Shown: positions 8,673-18,566 of the stretch, in pieces | Position numbering within the stretch: the stretch's first letter is position 1 | How the letters are laid out: every line of letters begins with the position of its first letter | Assembly (NCBI GenBank): GCA_050950165.1 | Contig: JBMNHC010000001.1 | Span: forward strand, 529,073-593,072 | Reading direction: 5' to 3' | From: Candidatus Dojkabacteria bacterium | GTDB lineage: Bacteria; Patescibacteriota; Dojkabacteria; SC72 | DNA length: 64,000 nt | Position numbers and translations under genes: made by a program | Notes under the pieces: generated by a model | What the model saw: the letters and a program-made list of their open reading frames with translations, nothing else | What the model was told of the DNA's origin: nothing | The model's database searches: none

Positions 8673-11600
8673 ATGGATACACTCGGAGGTCGATTTTTAA
8701 ATGAGAATCTAGGCGATTTATCAAGCTCTAAACATGTTCAATATGATGCTGAACAGAAAGGAATTACAGGGTCTCCTTCTGAAGAACAGATAGCATCATG
8801 GGTTGATACAGCAGTAGGGATTCATACCAAACACCGAGGCAATCCTCAGGTCATGGATAGGATTAAGGGATACTATCATAGGGAGTATGTAATCAAGGCT
8901 GAGGATTTTCCAGAGAGTTATTTTACTAATCAGCAGCAACAGGCACGTGAACTAGGTTATGGTGATATTGCGATACCAGATAGGGTTAGAGAGATGGGAA
9001 TAGATGCAATACAAAAGGATCAGAAGCAATCATTAGATTTATGGATAGACTATCTGAATTCTTCCGATTCAGATTATCTTCCTAGTTGGGTCAAGTATTG
9101 GGCATTTCATGGAGTGCTTAAGTTAGGAAGGTATAACAAGGAGACTGGAGATTTTGAGCCTCGTTTTAAAGATACCGTTTCCCCTTTTGTTGAGATAAAT
9201 AGTGAGGCATTAGCGTATGCATTAGATACTCTTCAGAAGAAGTATGGTAAAGAGTATTTTGATTTAACCGACCAGATATTTGCTAAGACAACGGCCCTTA
9301 ATAGAGCCGAGCGTTTATCAAGCCAGAAGGAGTTATTAGAATCAATAGATTCTCAGGGAGTTAATCAATCGGGTAAAGTAATCACAGTACTAGATGAGAA
9401 GTCAGGTAGACCTCGTCATTTAAAGAAAAAAGATATTGATCGAATACGGAAGGAGGTAGGTCAGTTTGAGGATTTTGATATTGAGGCTATGAAGAAAGAG
9501 ATAGAGTCTTTAACTACTCAAAGGGCTAATGTCTTAGAGTCACGTGGTGTTCCTCAAAAGTTTTCAGATATCGATAGTCGAGAAGAAGATTTTGGTAAGC
9601 TTTATGCTTATGCTATTAATGAGGTAACTCCAGTTAGTCAGAGTGAGCGAGAAATCACTTCAGGTCAATGGGTTAAGTATGCTCAAGGTTCAGATTACAA
9701 ACCTCTTTATGATTCTTTACAGGGTCATGGTACTGGTTGGTGCACAGCAGGAGGAGAGGAAACAGCAAGGATGCAATTAGAGGGAGGAGATTTTTATGTT
9801 TATTATTCCAATGATTTACACGGTCATCCTGTTAATCCTAGGATAGCAATCAGGATGAATGGTGATTATGAGATAGCAGAGATTAGGGGAGTAGAGCAGA
9901 ATCAGCAGATGGATAGTGAGATATTAGAGTCAGGAGTTTTGGAATCTAAGCTTAAAGATTTTGGAGATGAGGGAGATAAGTACAAACAGAGAGTTTATGA
10001 TATGAAGCGAGTAACTGAAATAGAGAAGAAGACTAATCAGGGCATAGATTTAACTAAAGATGAGCTTGAATTTATATATGAGGTGGATAGAGCTATAGAG
10101 GGATTTGGATATGAAAAAGATCCTAGGATAGAGGAGATACAGTCCACGAGAGATATAAAGAAAGATTTTGCTTGTTTAGTTGATCTGTCAGGTTCAGACT
10201 ATAGCTCTAGTTTATTAGTCAATACATTACTTGATAATGATTATGATAGAGCAGTTGTTCAGTATTTAGGTAATTTTTCAGATTTAGATAGTAGTGTTGC
10301 AAATAGGTTAATGGATTGTGGAGAAGCTTGGGCAGTTGCTAAGAATTTGAATAGCTTTTTAGGTTCAGCCCACAATGATATTGTTGATAGGTTAATAGAG
10401 AGAGGTCATGGTGGGTCAGTTGCAGGGAATTTAGCTAACTTTTCAGGCTTGGACCACAATGATATAATTTATAGATTAATAGATAGTGGTTGGCATAATG
10501 CAGTTATAAAACATTTGGATAGCTTTTCAGATTTAGATAGTGGTGTTGCAAATAAGTTAATAGATAGTGGTCATGGAGAGCAAATTGTTAAAAATTTAAA
10601 TAACTTTTCAAGTTCAGCCCATAGCGATATAGCTCGTATCTTAATAGATAGTAGTCATGGTAGGGTAGTTCTTGAGAATTTGAATGGTTTCTCAAGTTCA
10701 GCGCATAATGATATCGCTGATAAATTAATAGATAGTGGTAAGGGTGAAGCAGTTGCAGAAAATTTACCTAACTTTTCAAGTTCGGCCCATAGCGATATAG
10801 CTCATATGTTAATAGATAGTGGTTATGGTAGGTCAGTTGCAGAGAATTTGTCTAATTTCTCAGGCTTGGACTATAATGATATAGCTTATAGATTAATAGA
10901 TAGTGGTTATGGTAGGTCAGTTGCAGAGAATTTGTCTAATTTTTCAGGTTTGGACCACAATGATATAGCTAATAGGATGATAAAGAGAGGTGATGGTTGG
11001 GAAGTTGCTGAGAATATAAATAACTTTTCAAGCTCAGCCCATGGCGATATAGCTCGTATGTTAATAGATAGCGGTCGTGGTGAGCGAGTTGTTAAAAATT
11101 TACCTAACTTTTCAAGCTCAGCCCATGGCGATATAGCTCGTATGTTAATAGATAATGGTGAGGGTAAAACAGTTGCTCGTTATTTGCTTGATTTTTTAGG
11201 TTTAGACCACAATGATATAGCACATAGATTAATAGATAGTGGTGAGGGTGAAGCAGTTGCTCGTTATTTAAAGAATTTTTCCGGCTTAGACCATAATGAT
11301 ATAGCTCGTGTATTAATAGATAGTGGTTATGATAGGTCAGTTGCTAAGTATTTGTCTAATTTTTCAGGTTTAGATAGTAGTGTTGCAAATAAGTTAATAG
11401 ATAGTGGTGAAGGTTGGTCAGTTGCTAATTATTTAGAGAATTTTTCCGGCTTAGACCATGTAGATATTGCCCACAAGATTATACGTAGTGGCAAAGGTCA
11501 TGCAGTTGTTCGTTATTTGCCTAATTTCTCAGATTTAGACCACAATGATATAGCACATAGATTAATAGATAGTGGTGAGGGTCAAGCAGTTGCTAATTAT

Positions 11601-13310
11601 TTAGAGGATTTTTCCGGCTTAGACCATAATGATATAGCTCGTGTATTAATAGATAGTGGTTATGATAGGTCAGTTGCTAAGTATTTGTCTAATTTTTCAG
11701 GTTTAGATAGTAGTGTTGCAAATAAGTTAATAGATAGTAGTTATGGTAGGTCAGTTGCAAAGAATTTGCCTAATTTCTCAGATTTAGACCACAATGATAT
11801 AGCACATAGATTAATAGATAGTGGTGAGGGTAAAGCAGTTGTTAATTATTTAGAGAATTTTTCCGGCTTAGATAGTAGTGTTGCAAATAAGTTAATAGAT
11901 AGTGGTGAAGGTTGGTCAGTTGCTGGATATTTGTATAAATTTTCAGGTTTAGACCATAATGATATAGCTTATAGATTAATAGATAGTGGTGAGGGTCAAG
12001 CAGTTGCTGAGAATTTATATAATTTTTCCGGCTTAGACCATAATGATATCGCTTATAGATTAATAGATAGTGGTAAGGGTAAAGCAGTTGCTAATGATTT
12101 AAAGAATTTTTCCGGCTTAGACCATAATGATATAGCTCGTATGTTAATAGATAATGGTGAGGGTAAAACAGTTGCTCGTTATTTGCTTGATTTTTTAGGT
12201 TTAGACCACAATGATATAGCACATAGATTAATAGATAGTGGTGAGGGTGAAGCAGTTGCTCGTTATTTAAAGAATTTTTCCGGCTTAGACCATAATGATA
12301 TAGCTCGTGTATTAATAGATAGTGGTTATGATAGGTCAGTTGCTAAGTATTTGTCTAATTTTTCAGGTTTAGATAGTAGTGTTGCAAATAAGTTAATAGA
12401 TAGTGGTGAAGGTTGGTCAGTTGCTAATTATTTAGAGAATTTTTCCGGCTTAGACCATGTAGATATTGCCCACAAGATTATACGTAGTGGCAAAGGTCAT
12501 GCAGTTGTTCGTTATTTGCCTAATTTCTCAGATTTAGACCACAATGATATAGCACATAGATTAATAGATAGTGGTGAGGGTCAAGCAGTTGCTAATTATT
12601 TAGAGGATTTTTCCGGCTTAGACCATAATGATATAGCTTATAGATTAATAGATAGTGGTAAGGGTGAAGCAGTTGCTCAATATTTAAAGAATTTTTCCGG
12701 CTTAGACCACAATGATATAGCTCATAGGATAATAGATAGTGGTGAGGGTCAAGCAGTTGCTAATTATTTAGAGAATTTTTCCGGTTTAGATAGTAGTGTT
12801 GCAAATAAGTTAATAGATAGTAGTTATGGTAGGTCAGTTGCAAAGAATTTGCCTAATTTTTCCGGCTTAGATAAGAGTGTTGCAAATAAGTTAATAGATA
12901 GTGGTGAAGATAAAACAGTTGCTCGTTATTTGCGTAAATTTTCCGGTTTAGATAGTAGTGTTGCAAATAAGTTAATAGATATGGGTTATGGTTGGTCAGT
13001 TGTTGTGTATTTGTCTAATTTCTCCGGCTTAGACCATGTAGATATTGCCCACAAGATTATACGTAGTGGCAAAGGTGAAGCAGTTGCTCATTATTTAAAG
13101 AATTTTTCCGGCTTAGACCACAATGATATAGCTTATAGATTAATAGATAGTGGTGAGGGTAAAGCAGTTGTTTTTTATTTGGAGAACTTTTCCGGCTTAG
13201 ATAGCAGTGTTGCCAATATATTAATAGGTAAAGGTTATCGTGAGAGGGTTGCTAAAAACCTTTCTAGTTTTACAAACTTAGACAGTAGTGTTCTAGAGAA
13301 ATTAAAGTAA
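8673..13310 (+). CDS. large protein with an N-terminal GTGWCTAG-motif domain and ~36 tandem 27/28-aa helical repeats
   Basis: 1545-aa ORF with no signal peptide or TM. About 500 aa of unique N-terminal sequence, then repeats of consensus NFSGLDHNDIAxxLIDSGxGxxVAxYLx. Confidence 0.9.
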   Translation: MDTLGGRFLNENLGDLSSSKHVQYDAEQKGITGSPSEEQIASWVDTAVGIHTKHRGNPQVMDRIKGYYHREYVIKAEDFPESYFTNQQQQARELGYGDIAIPDRVREMGIDAIQKDQKQSLDLWIDYLNSSDSDYLPSWVKYWAFHGVLKLGRYNKETGDFEPRFKDTVSPFVEINSEALAYALDTLQKKYGKEYFDLTDQIFAKTTALNRAERLSSQKELLESIDSQGVNQSGKVITVLDEKSGRPRHLKKKDIDRIRKEVGQFEDFDIEAMKKEIESLTTQRANVLESRGVPQKFSDIDSREEDFGKLYAYAINEVTPVSQSEREITSGQWVKYAQGSDYKPLYDSLQGHGTGWCTAGGEETARMQLEGGDFYVYYSNDLHGHPVNPRIAIRMNGDYEIAEIRGVEQNQQMDSEILESGVLESKLKDFGDEGDKYKQRVYDMKRVTEIEKKTNQGIDLTKDELEFIYEVDRAIEGFGYEKDPRIEEIQSTRDIKKDFACLVDLSGSDYSSSLLVNTLLDNDYDRAVVQYLGNFSDLDSSVANRLMDCGEAWAVAKNLNSFLGSAHNDIVDRLIERGHGGSVAGNLANFSGLDHNDIIYRLIDSGWHNAVIKHLDSFSDLDSGVANKLIDSGHGEQIVKNLNNFSSSAHSDIARILIDSSHGRVVLENLNGFSSSAHNDIADKLIDSGKGEAVAENLPNFSSSAHSDIAHMLIDSGYGRSVAENLSNFSGLDYNDIAYRLIDSGYGRSVAENLSNFSGLDHNDIANRMIKRGDGWEVAENINNFSSSAHGDIARMLIDSGRGERVVKNLPNFSSSAHGDIARMLIDNGEGKTVARYLLDFLGLDHNDIAHRLIDSGEGEAVARYLKNFSGLDHNDIARVLIDSGYDRSVAKYLSNFSGLDSSVANKLIDSGEGWSVANYLENFSGLDHVDIAHKIIRSGKGHAVVRYLPNFSDLDHNDIAHRLIDSGEGQAVANYLEDFSGLDHNDIARVLIDSGYDRSVAKYLSNFSGLDSSVANKLIDSSYGRSVAKNLPNFSDLDHNDIAHRLIDSGEGKAVVNYLENFSGLDSSVANKLIDSGEGWSVAGYLYKFSGLDHNDIAYRLIDSGEGQAVAENLYNFSGLDHNDIAYRLIDSGKGKAVANDLKNFSGLDHNDIARMLIDNGEGKTVARYLLDFLGLDHNDIAHRLIDSGEGEAVARYLKNFSGLDHNDIARVLIDSGYDRSVAKYLSNFSGLDSSVANKLIDSGEGWSVANYLENFSGLDHVDIAHKIIRSGKGHAVVRYLPNFSDLDHNDIAHRLIDSGEGQAVANYLEDFSGLDHNDIAYRLIDSGKGEAVAQYLKNFSGLDHNDIAHRIIDSGEGQAVANYLENFSGLDSSVANKLIDSSYGRSVAKNLPNFSGLDKSVANKLIDSGEDKTVARYLRKFSGLDSSVANKLIDMGYGWSVVVYLSNFSGLDHVDIAHKIIRSGKGEAVAHYLKNFSGLDHNDIAYRLIDSGEGKAVVFYLENFSGLDSSVANILIGKGYRERVAKNLSSFTNLDSSVLEKLK
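10272..13307 (+). repeat. coding tandem repeat array of 84-bp and 81-bp units
   Basis: 36 complete units plus one partial, counted from the translation. Recurrent TTAATAGATAGTGGT core. The 510-bp block 11130-11639 recurs at 12129-12638. Confidence 0.95.
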
Positions 13311-13351
13311 TTCCAACTTGATGCCGTAGTCTATTAAATAAAACAATGTTT

Positions 13352-16126
13352 TTACAAGACTGCCATTGTAGCTACTCTATCATCTTCTGCAATATTCATT
13401 ACTTTTACTCCACTTGTTTGTCTACCAAGAGTTGGTATTGCATCTATTGAAGATCTAATAATCTTTGATTTCTCGGATATTACCACTATCTCAGTTTCAG
13501 GATCATTTAAGATTCTAGCTACTGATACCTTACCTGTTTTAGCTGTTACTCTAAATGTAAAGATACCACTACCCCCTCTCTTCTGTTTAGTATATTCCTT
13601 TAGCAAAGACATCTTTCCAAAACCATTCTCAGAGAGAGTAAAGAGCCTATCTTCATTGTTCTTTATAATTCCCATACCAACAATATGATCACTTTCAGAC
13701 TTAAATTTCATTGCAGTTACACCTCTTGTGTTTCTACCCATAGGTCTAACATCTTTTTCACTAAACCTAATTGATTTACCCTCAGCTGTAATGAGTATGA
13801 CTTCATCATCTCCAGTAGTTGGCTTTACCCATATTAATTCATCATTAGGTTCTAATTTGATAGCAGTAAGTCCATTTGATCTAATCTTTGCAAATTGAGA
13901 AAGATCTGTCTTTTTAATAATACCCTCCTTTGTTGCCATTAAGAGATATTTAAACTCTTTCTTCTCTTGCTCTTCCTCTGACATCTTGATTCCACCCTTT
14001 GCATTTCTAGTTAGTATAGATGTAATTATCTCATTTTGATCTAGTTGTACTAAGTTGATAAAAGGAATACCCTTTGCAACTCTTCCATACTCTGGAATTT
14101 CAAATATACGAGTATTAAATACCCTACCCTTGTTAGTAAAGAGTAAGAGCTCGTCATGCGTATTACAAAGAAGTACATGTTCGATAAAGTCACCCTCCTT
14201 AGTTTCTCCTGCAGATACCCCCTTACCTCCCCTCTTTTGTGTCTGGTACGTTGAGGGTGGTACTCTCTTTACATATCCTGAGTGAGTAATTGTTATTAAG
14301 GTTTCTTCATTTGCAATTAAATCTTCTTCTGAAAGTTCATCTACCTTACCTTTTACGACCTTAGTTCTTCTCTTATCTGCATATTTCTCTTTTATCTGTG
14401 CAAGATCACCACCAATTATCTCTAATATTCTATCCTGACTATCAAGTATTTCATTGTACTCCCCTATCTTCTCTTTAGTCTCTTTGTAATCATTTTGTAT
14501 CTTCATTCTCTCAAGAGCTGCTAATCTTCTAAGTTGCATATCTAGAATAGCTTGTGCTTGTACCTCACTAAACTTAAATTTATCCATTAAGTTTGTCTTA
14601 GCACTCTCTTGTGTTTTAGATCCTCTAATAGTGGCAATTACCTCATCTAGTACATCTAAAGCCTTTAGTAGACCTTCTAGAATATGTGCATGATATCTTG
14701 CTTCTGCTAAATCATATTCGTATCTTCTAATGGTTACCGTTATTCTAAATGAGAGGAAAAGCTCTAACATACTCTTTAGAGAGAGAGTCATTGGTTCTTG
14801 ATTAGTTAATGCAATCATGTTTGCATTAAATGTCTTTTGCATCTCTGTGTATTTGTACAGTTTGTTTAAAACTGTTTTAGGTTGTGCATCTTTCTTAAGT
14901 ATTATTACAACCCTAATACCATCTTTGTTTGACTCATCCCTTATATCTGCAATGCCTGTTATTTTCTTATCTCTAACTAAATCTGCAATTTTTTCTATCA
15001 TATATGCCTTGTTTACTTGGTATGGAATCTCTGTAACAACAATATGGAATCTTCCACCCTTTGCCTCCACTATCGATGCTTGTGCTCTCTGTAATATTCT
15101 TCCTCTTCCTGTTGCGTATGCATTAAGTATTTCATCTCTGTCATATATTGTTCCACCTGTTGGGAAGTCTGGTCCTGGTACAATGGTAATTAACTCTTCA
15201 GGAGAGATATCTGATTTAAATTCAGGATATATTACTTCTTCGTTTTCAGAAAGACGTTTCTCAATCTCTTTGACTGCATCACTGTAGTTAAGTTCATTGT
15301 TATCTATGTAGTTTTCAAGATAGCTTTCTGGTTTAGGATTTAGTACCTGTGGTATTACCTCTTTGTTCTCTCTAGCTTTTCTTAGTTCATTGTATATTGC
15401 ACTGCCTACCCATTTATTCTTTCTTGCAATCATCTCTTGTAGAGCATCTACTAACTCTCCTAGATTGTGAGGAGGAATCTGTGTTGCCATCGCAACAGCA
15501 ATACCTTGACTCCCATTAGCTAAAAGATTAGGGAAAAGTGCTGGTAATACAGTAGGCTCTAGCCTTGTTCCGTCATAGTTGGGAACAAATGTAACAGTTC
15601 CTTTGTTTAAATCTTTTAGAAGCTCAGGAGTAATCTTGCCCATTCTAGCCTCTGTGTATCTCATTGCTGCAGCTCCATCTCCGTCAATACTACCGAAGTT
15701 TCCCTGTCCATCTACAAGTGGGTATCTAGTAGAGAAGTCCTGTGCTAATTTTACTAAGGTAGGATATACCACACTTTCTCCGTGAGGGTGATAGTTTCCA
15801 GATGTATCACCAGCTATCTTTGCACACTTTCTGTATCTTGATGAAGGTGTTAGAGTAAGGTCATTCATTGCAACTAGTATTCTTCTTTGTGAAGGTTTGA
15901 GACCATCTTTTACCTCTGGTAGTGCACGAGATACAATAACGGACATGGAGTAGTCAATGTAGTTAGACTTCATCTCATCTACTATTGATCTTTGAACAAC
16001 CTCTCCAGGCTTAAAAGAGAGATTAAAATCTAGTTCACTATCTACATTAGCAGATGTATCTACTGAAGAATCTTCATTTACTACTTCTACCTCTTCTCTT
16101 TTTTCTATCTCTTTCTTATCTGGCAT
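13352..16126 (-). CDS. gyrA: DNA gyrase subunit A
   Basis: DGLKP, HPHG, GQGNFGS, catalytic AAMRYTE, GyrA-box QKRGGKG and C-terminal pinwheel repeats. Confidence 0.98.
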   Translation of the reverse strand: MPDKKEIEKREEVEVVNEDSSVDTSANVDSELDFNLSFKPGEVVQRSIVDEMKSNYIDYSMSVIVSRALPEVKDGLKPSQRRILVAMNDLTLTPSSRYRKCAKIAGDTSGNYHPHGESVVYPTLVKLAQDFSTRYPLVDGQGNFGSIDGDGAAAMRYTEARMGKITPELLKDLNKGTVTFVPNYDGTRLEPTVLPALFPNLLANGSQGIAVAMATQIPPHNLGELVDALQEMIARKNKWVGSAIYNELRKARENKEVIPQVLNPKPESYLENYIDNNELNYSDAVKEIEKRLSENEEVIYPEFKSDISPEELITIVPGPDFPTGGTIYDRDEILNAYATGRGRILQRAQASIVEAKGGRFHIVVTEIPYQVNKAYMIEKIADLVRDKKITGIADIRDESNKDGIRVVIILKKDAQPKTVLNKLYKYTEMQKTFNANMIALTNQEPMTLSLKSMLELFLSFRITVTIRRYEYDLAEARYHAHILEGLLKALDVLDEVIATIRGSKTQESAKTNLMDKFKFSEVQAQAILDMQLRRLAALERMKIQNDYKETKEKIGEYNEILDSQDRILEIIGGDLAQIKEKYADKRRTKVVKGKVDELSEEDLIANEETLITITHSGYVKRVPPSTYQTQKRGGKGVSAGETKEGDFIEHVLLCNTHDELLLFTNKGRVFNTRIFEIPEYGRVAKGIPFINLVQLDQNEIITSILTRNAKGGIKMSEEEQEKKEFKYLLMATKEGIIKKTDLSQFAKIRSNGLTAIKLEPNDELIWVKPTTGDDEVILITAEGKSIRFSEKDVRPMGRNTRGVTAMKFKSESDHIVGMGIIKNNEDRLFTLSENGFGKMSLLKEYTKQKRGGSGIFTFRVTAKTGKVSVARILNDPETEIVVISEKSKIIRSSIDAIPTLGRQTSGVKVMNIAEDDRVATMAVL

Positions 16127-16143
16127 ATATATTTTTTACTATT

Positions 16144-16536
16144 TTATACTGCATTACTTAATTCTCTTTTGACATTAACCTTTATTGAATCTATGTCTGT
16201 TGCTAAGTTTTTTAGATTCTCATATGTATCTTTTGATACTAGCTCTGTTGTAAGATCGTCTTTATTTGTTCCCACCCCTATTACCGAAACAATCTCCCTA
16301 TTAGGGTCATATATATGAATATCTAAATAGTTAGTTTGATCAGCCACAGCAAGTTTAGTTTCTTCCTCTTTTTTAAAATAGTCGGCTATTAACTTGTATA
16401 GCTCTTTGTTTTCTTGCTCTTGCTTTAAAATATTTAAAATCTGAGGCGTGTATATAGTTAGTCTTTCAAATGCTTTTTTGTTGAATAATTTATTGTAAGC
16501 TTCTACATCTACTGTTGGTTTTACTTTCTCAATCAT
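16144..16536 (-). CDS. hypothetical protein between gyrB and gyrA
   Basis: 130-aa ORF, co-oriented, filling the gap with 17-nt spacers on each side. Confidence 0.7.
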   Translation of the reverse strand: MIEKVKPTVDVEAYNKLFNKKAFERLTIYTPQILNILKQEQENKELYKLIADYFKKEEETKLAVADQTNYLDIHIYDPNREIVSVIGVGTNKDDLTTELVSKDTYENLKNLATDIDSIKVNVKRELSNAV

Positions 16537-16553
16537 ATATTTAAGATAAAAAG

Positions 16554-18473
16554 TTAAATATCTAAATTAGCTACCCTAGCATATTTTTGAATAAATCTTC
16601 TCCTAGGTGGTACTTCAGTACCCATTAACATTTCAAAAACTTTCTCTGCTTCTTCTGCATCCTCAATACCTACTCGTTTTAAAACTCTAGTTTCGGGACT
16701 CATTGTAGTTTCCCAAAGTTGTTCTGGATTCATCTCTCCTAAACCTTTAAACCTATTAGATACAGGTACTTTATTTGCTGCTTTTGCCTTTTTAACAAAT
16801 GCATCTTTCTCTGCATCGTTTAAGAAGTAGTATTTCTTTTTCCCTATCTCTACTTTGTGAAGAGGAGGTTGAGCAACGTATACATATCCTTCTTCTATTA
16901 AGGGCTTAAAAAATCTGTAAAGAAGAGTCAACACAAGAGTTGTAATGTGTAGTCCATCAACATCTGCATCACTCATTATGATTATTTTATGATACCTTAA
17001 CTTTGAAATATCTAAAGAATCTCCAATACCTACACCCAGTGCAGTAGTAATATCTTTGAACTCATTATTGTCTAATACTCTATCAACTCTATACTTGTGT
17101 GTATTTATAATCTTTCCTCTAAGAGGTAGTACTGCTTGTGTATGCCTATCTCTTCCCTGTTTGGCACTTCCACCTGCGGAATCTCCCTCAACTATATAGA
17201 GTTCACTATCTTTAGGGTCATTACTAATACAATCTGCTAGTTTACCAGGTAATGTAGTACTTTCTAATGCACTCTTTCTGATTACAGCATCTCTTGCTGC
17301 TTTAGCTGCAGCTTTCGCTTTATATGCCAGTACTGCCTTATCTATTATCGCTTTTGCTTCCTTAGGATGTTCTTCAAAGTAGATTAGAAGTTCATCTCTA
17401 ATTACCTTTGCTACAATATTTTTAACCTCAGGATTATTCAATTTAATCTTTGTTTGTCCCTCAAACTGAGGATTAGCTACTTTAACAGAAACAACTGCAG
17501 TCAATCCCTCTCTCACATCATCTCCACTTAAACTTGTTGCTAAACCTTTGAGTAATTCCATCTTCTGTGCATATGTATTAATTGCACTAGTAAGAGCAGT
17601 TCTGAAACCAGAAAGATGTGTACCACCTTCAGGATTAATGATATTGTTTGTATAGCATTTAACATTCTCATCCATTGCATTGGTATATTGAATTGCACTC
17701 TCAACCAGTACTCCATCTTGTTCCTTTTTAGTGTAGAAGGGATCCTCATTGATGATTTTTTCATCTATATTCATAAAGAGAACATAGGATTTAATTCCAT
17801 CTTCAAAGTAAAGATCGAAAAGTTTAGGATTACTACCCTTCTCTACCCTTTCGTCTTTAATGGAGATTCTTAATCCTGCTGTAAGATATGCATGTTGTCT
17901 ACACTTCTTTACTATCTCTTTAAAATCAAAATCTACTTCTGTAAATATTGTATTGTCTGGAAGAAATCTATGCTCCGTACTAGTTAATTTAGAATCACCA
18001 ATTTTTTTAACAGGAGCTTGTGGTATACCTCTTTTGTACTCTTGCTGATATATCCCACCATCTCTTTGTACTGTTGTAACCATCCACTCCGAAAGAGCAT
18101 TCGTACACTTCATACCTACACCGTGTAGACCACCTGAAACTTTGTATGCACCCTCCTCAAACTTACCTCCTGCATGTAAGTTAGTCATTACTGTCTCTAA
18201 AGTAGAGACCTTTGTTTGGGAGTGTATCTCAACAGGTATACCTCTACCATTGTCTTTAACAGATATTGAACCATCACTATGAAGTACAACCCATATCCTT
18301 GTACAGTATCCTGCAATTGCCTCATCAACGGAGTTATCTAGAATCTCTGTAAAAATATGGTGTAGCCCATGTCTATCTGTAGACCCTATGTACATAGCTG
18401 GTCTTTTTCTAACAGCTTCTAGCCCTTGTAGTACTTGTATATTTGATGCTTGATAGTTGCTCTTAGCTGACAT
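16554..18473 (-). CDS. gyrB: DNA gyrase subunit B
   Basis: AVRKRPAMYIG, DNGRGIP, LHAGGKF, EGDSAGG, PLRGK, DADVDG and KGLGEM motifs. Confidence 0.98.
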   Translation of the reverse strand: MSAKSNYQASNIQVLQGLEAVRKRPAMYIGSTDRHGLHHIFTEILDNSVDEAIAGYCTRIWVVLHSDGSISVKDNGRGIPVEIHSQTKVSTLETVMTNLHAGGKFEEGAYKVSGGLHGVGMKCTNALSEWMVTTVQRDGGIYQQEYKRGIPQAPVKKIGDSKLTSTEHRFLPDNTIFTEVDFDFKEIVKKCRQHAYLTAGLRISIKDERVEKGSNPKLFDLYFEDGIKSYVLFMNIDEKIINEDPFYTKKEQDGVLVESAIQYTNAMDENVKCYTNNIINPEGGTHLSGFRTALTSAINTYAQKMELLKGLATSLSGDDVREGLTAVVSVKVANPQFEGQTKIKLNNPEVKNIVAKVIRDELLIYFEEHPKEAKAIIDKAVLAYKAKAAAKAARDAVIRKSALESTTLPGKLADCISNDPKDSELYIVEGDSAGGSAKQGRDRHTQAVLPLRGKIINTHKYRVDRVLDNNEFKDITTALGVGIGDSLDISKLRYHKIIIMSDADVDGLHITTLVLTLLYRFFKPLIEEGYVYVAQPPLHKVEIGKKKYYFLNDAEKDAFVKKAKAANKVPVSNRFKGLGEMNPEQLWETTMSPETRVLKRVGIEDAEEAEKVFEMLMGTEVPPRRRFIQKYARVANLDI

Positions 18474-18566
18474 TATTCTCTCGATTTAAATTACTAGTTT
18501 ATATATACACCAATCAATTGCAATCCCTATTCTATATATTATAGGGGAAAATGTTAAGAGTGTATT

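Noticed and set aside
10272-13307. CRISPR array
   Set aside because: The units are 81/84-bp in-frame coding repeats without unique spacers, and there are no cas genes in the window.
10272-13307. Diversity-generating retroelement TR/VR pair
   Set aside because: There is no reverse transcriptase in the window, the duplicated block appears identical, and differences between units are not obviously adenine-specific.
10272-13307. True TALE or ankyrin repeats
   Set aside because: The period is 27/28 aa, with no LTPxQVVAIAS or TPLH consensus. The comparison is only an analogy.
15205-15425. Intein in GyrA
   Set aside because: The insert is too short and lacks the N-terminal Cys/Ser and C-terminal His-Asn splice motifs.
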